Part shown: positions 32,627 through 33,055 of the stretch, one piece after another | Numbering within the stretch: the stretch's first letter is position 1 | Layout: every line of letters starts with the position of its first letter | The notes under the pieces: model-generated | Seen by the model: only the letters and a program-made list of their open reading frames with translations | Databases searched by the model: none | Told to the model about the DNA's origin: nothing | Assembly (NCBI RefSeq): GCF_000315625.1 | Contig: NW_005434392.1 | Span: forward strand, 1-33,055 | Length of the DNA: 33,055 nt | Direction: 5' to 3' | Source: Guillardia theta CCMP2712 | Lineage: Eukaryota > Protista > Cryptophyta | Translations under genes and position numbers: made by a program

Positions 32627-33055
32627 TCATATCTCAACGTAGCCTTCATCACACATCCTCGCTCCTCCTCCTCCTCCTCCTCCTCCTCCTCCTCCTCCTC
32701 CTCCTCCTCCTCCTCCTCTCACCATGATTTCGCGCTGAATTATGAGCACGTGCGTCACGTTACCTTCGATTACGACCACCCCCACCCCTACCCTCACATT
32801 CCCAGTGACTACCCCCTCCTTGCTCCAATGGCCCGATGGGACCCTTTGCAAAGTCACGATCCCTGTACCATCTCCCCACTAAAGCCCATCAAGGAGGACA
32901 GCAACTCAAGATATAGGGGAGAAGGGAGATATTCGGAGGACAGCAAATCCCTGGTGACGATGGCTTGCAGGGGACAGCAATGGAGTACAAGAAAGAGGAT
33001 CGGGGAGGAGAGGAGAGTGAGAACAGAGAAGGGAAGGACAGGACAGAGCAGAAGA
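32627..33055 (-). CDS. Possible 3' end of a further multi-exon gene running off the window
   Basis: Short coding-like segments between simple-repeat introns, ending MCDEGYVEI*. Confidence 0.3.

Noticed and set aside
15300-33055. Many ORF-track entries of poly-S/L/P/G/E/H
   Set aside because: They are translations of intronic microsatellites or antisense frames of real exons.

Overview
Eukaryotic nuclear DNA. The short GT-AG introns, simple-repeat introns and RLRGG leader resemble a cryptophyte such as Guillardia theta, but this is inferred only. The window has two parts. The first (~1-15250) is a nested mobile-element cluster built on two GC-rich repeat families: a 171-bp tandem array (A) and a ~320-bp unit (B) with a related hairpin core. 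It carries an intronless 909-aa DDE transposase of the Transib/RAG1/Chapaev-like (CxxC + H..H) type with a convergent unknown ORF. It also carries a 2499-bp element with 10-bp TIRs (CATAGCGTTG) that splits a B unit with no target-site duplication and holds an intron-dense unknown gene. An intronless ColD/E1-like nucleotide-sugar 3-dehydratase and a spliced Crypton-type tyrosine recombinase follow. Several module boundaries begin with CAT directly against GC-rich repeat sequence and share subterminal motifs, which suggests a repeat-targeting, TSD-less, cargo-carrying element family. The second part (~15250-33055) holds ordinary intron-rich host genes: a tandem winged-HTH-like protein (possibly spliced onto the recombinase), hypothetical membrane proteins, a DnaJ with an RLRGG leader, and a flavin amine oxidase ending in PTS1 (SRL). 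All calls were made by eye and no searches were run.
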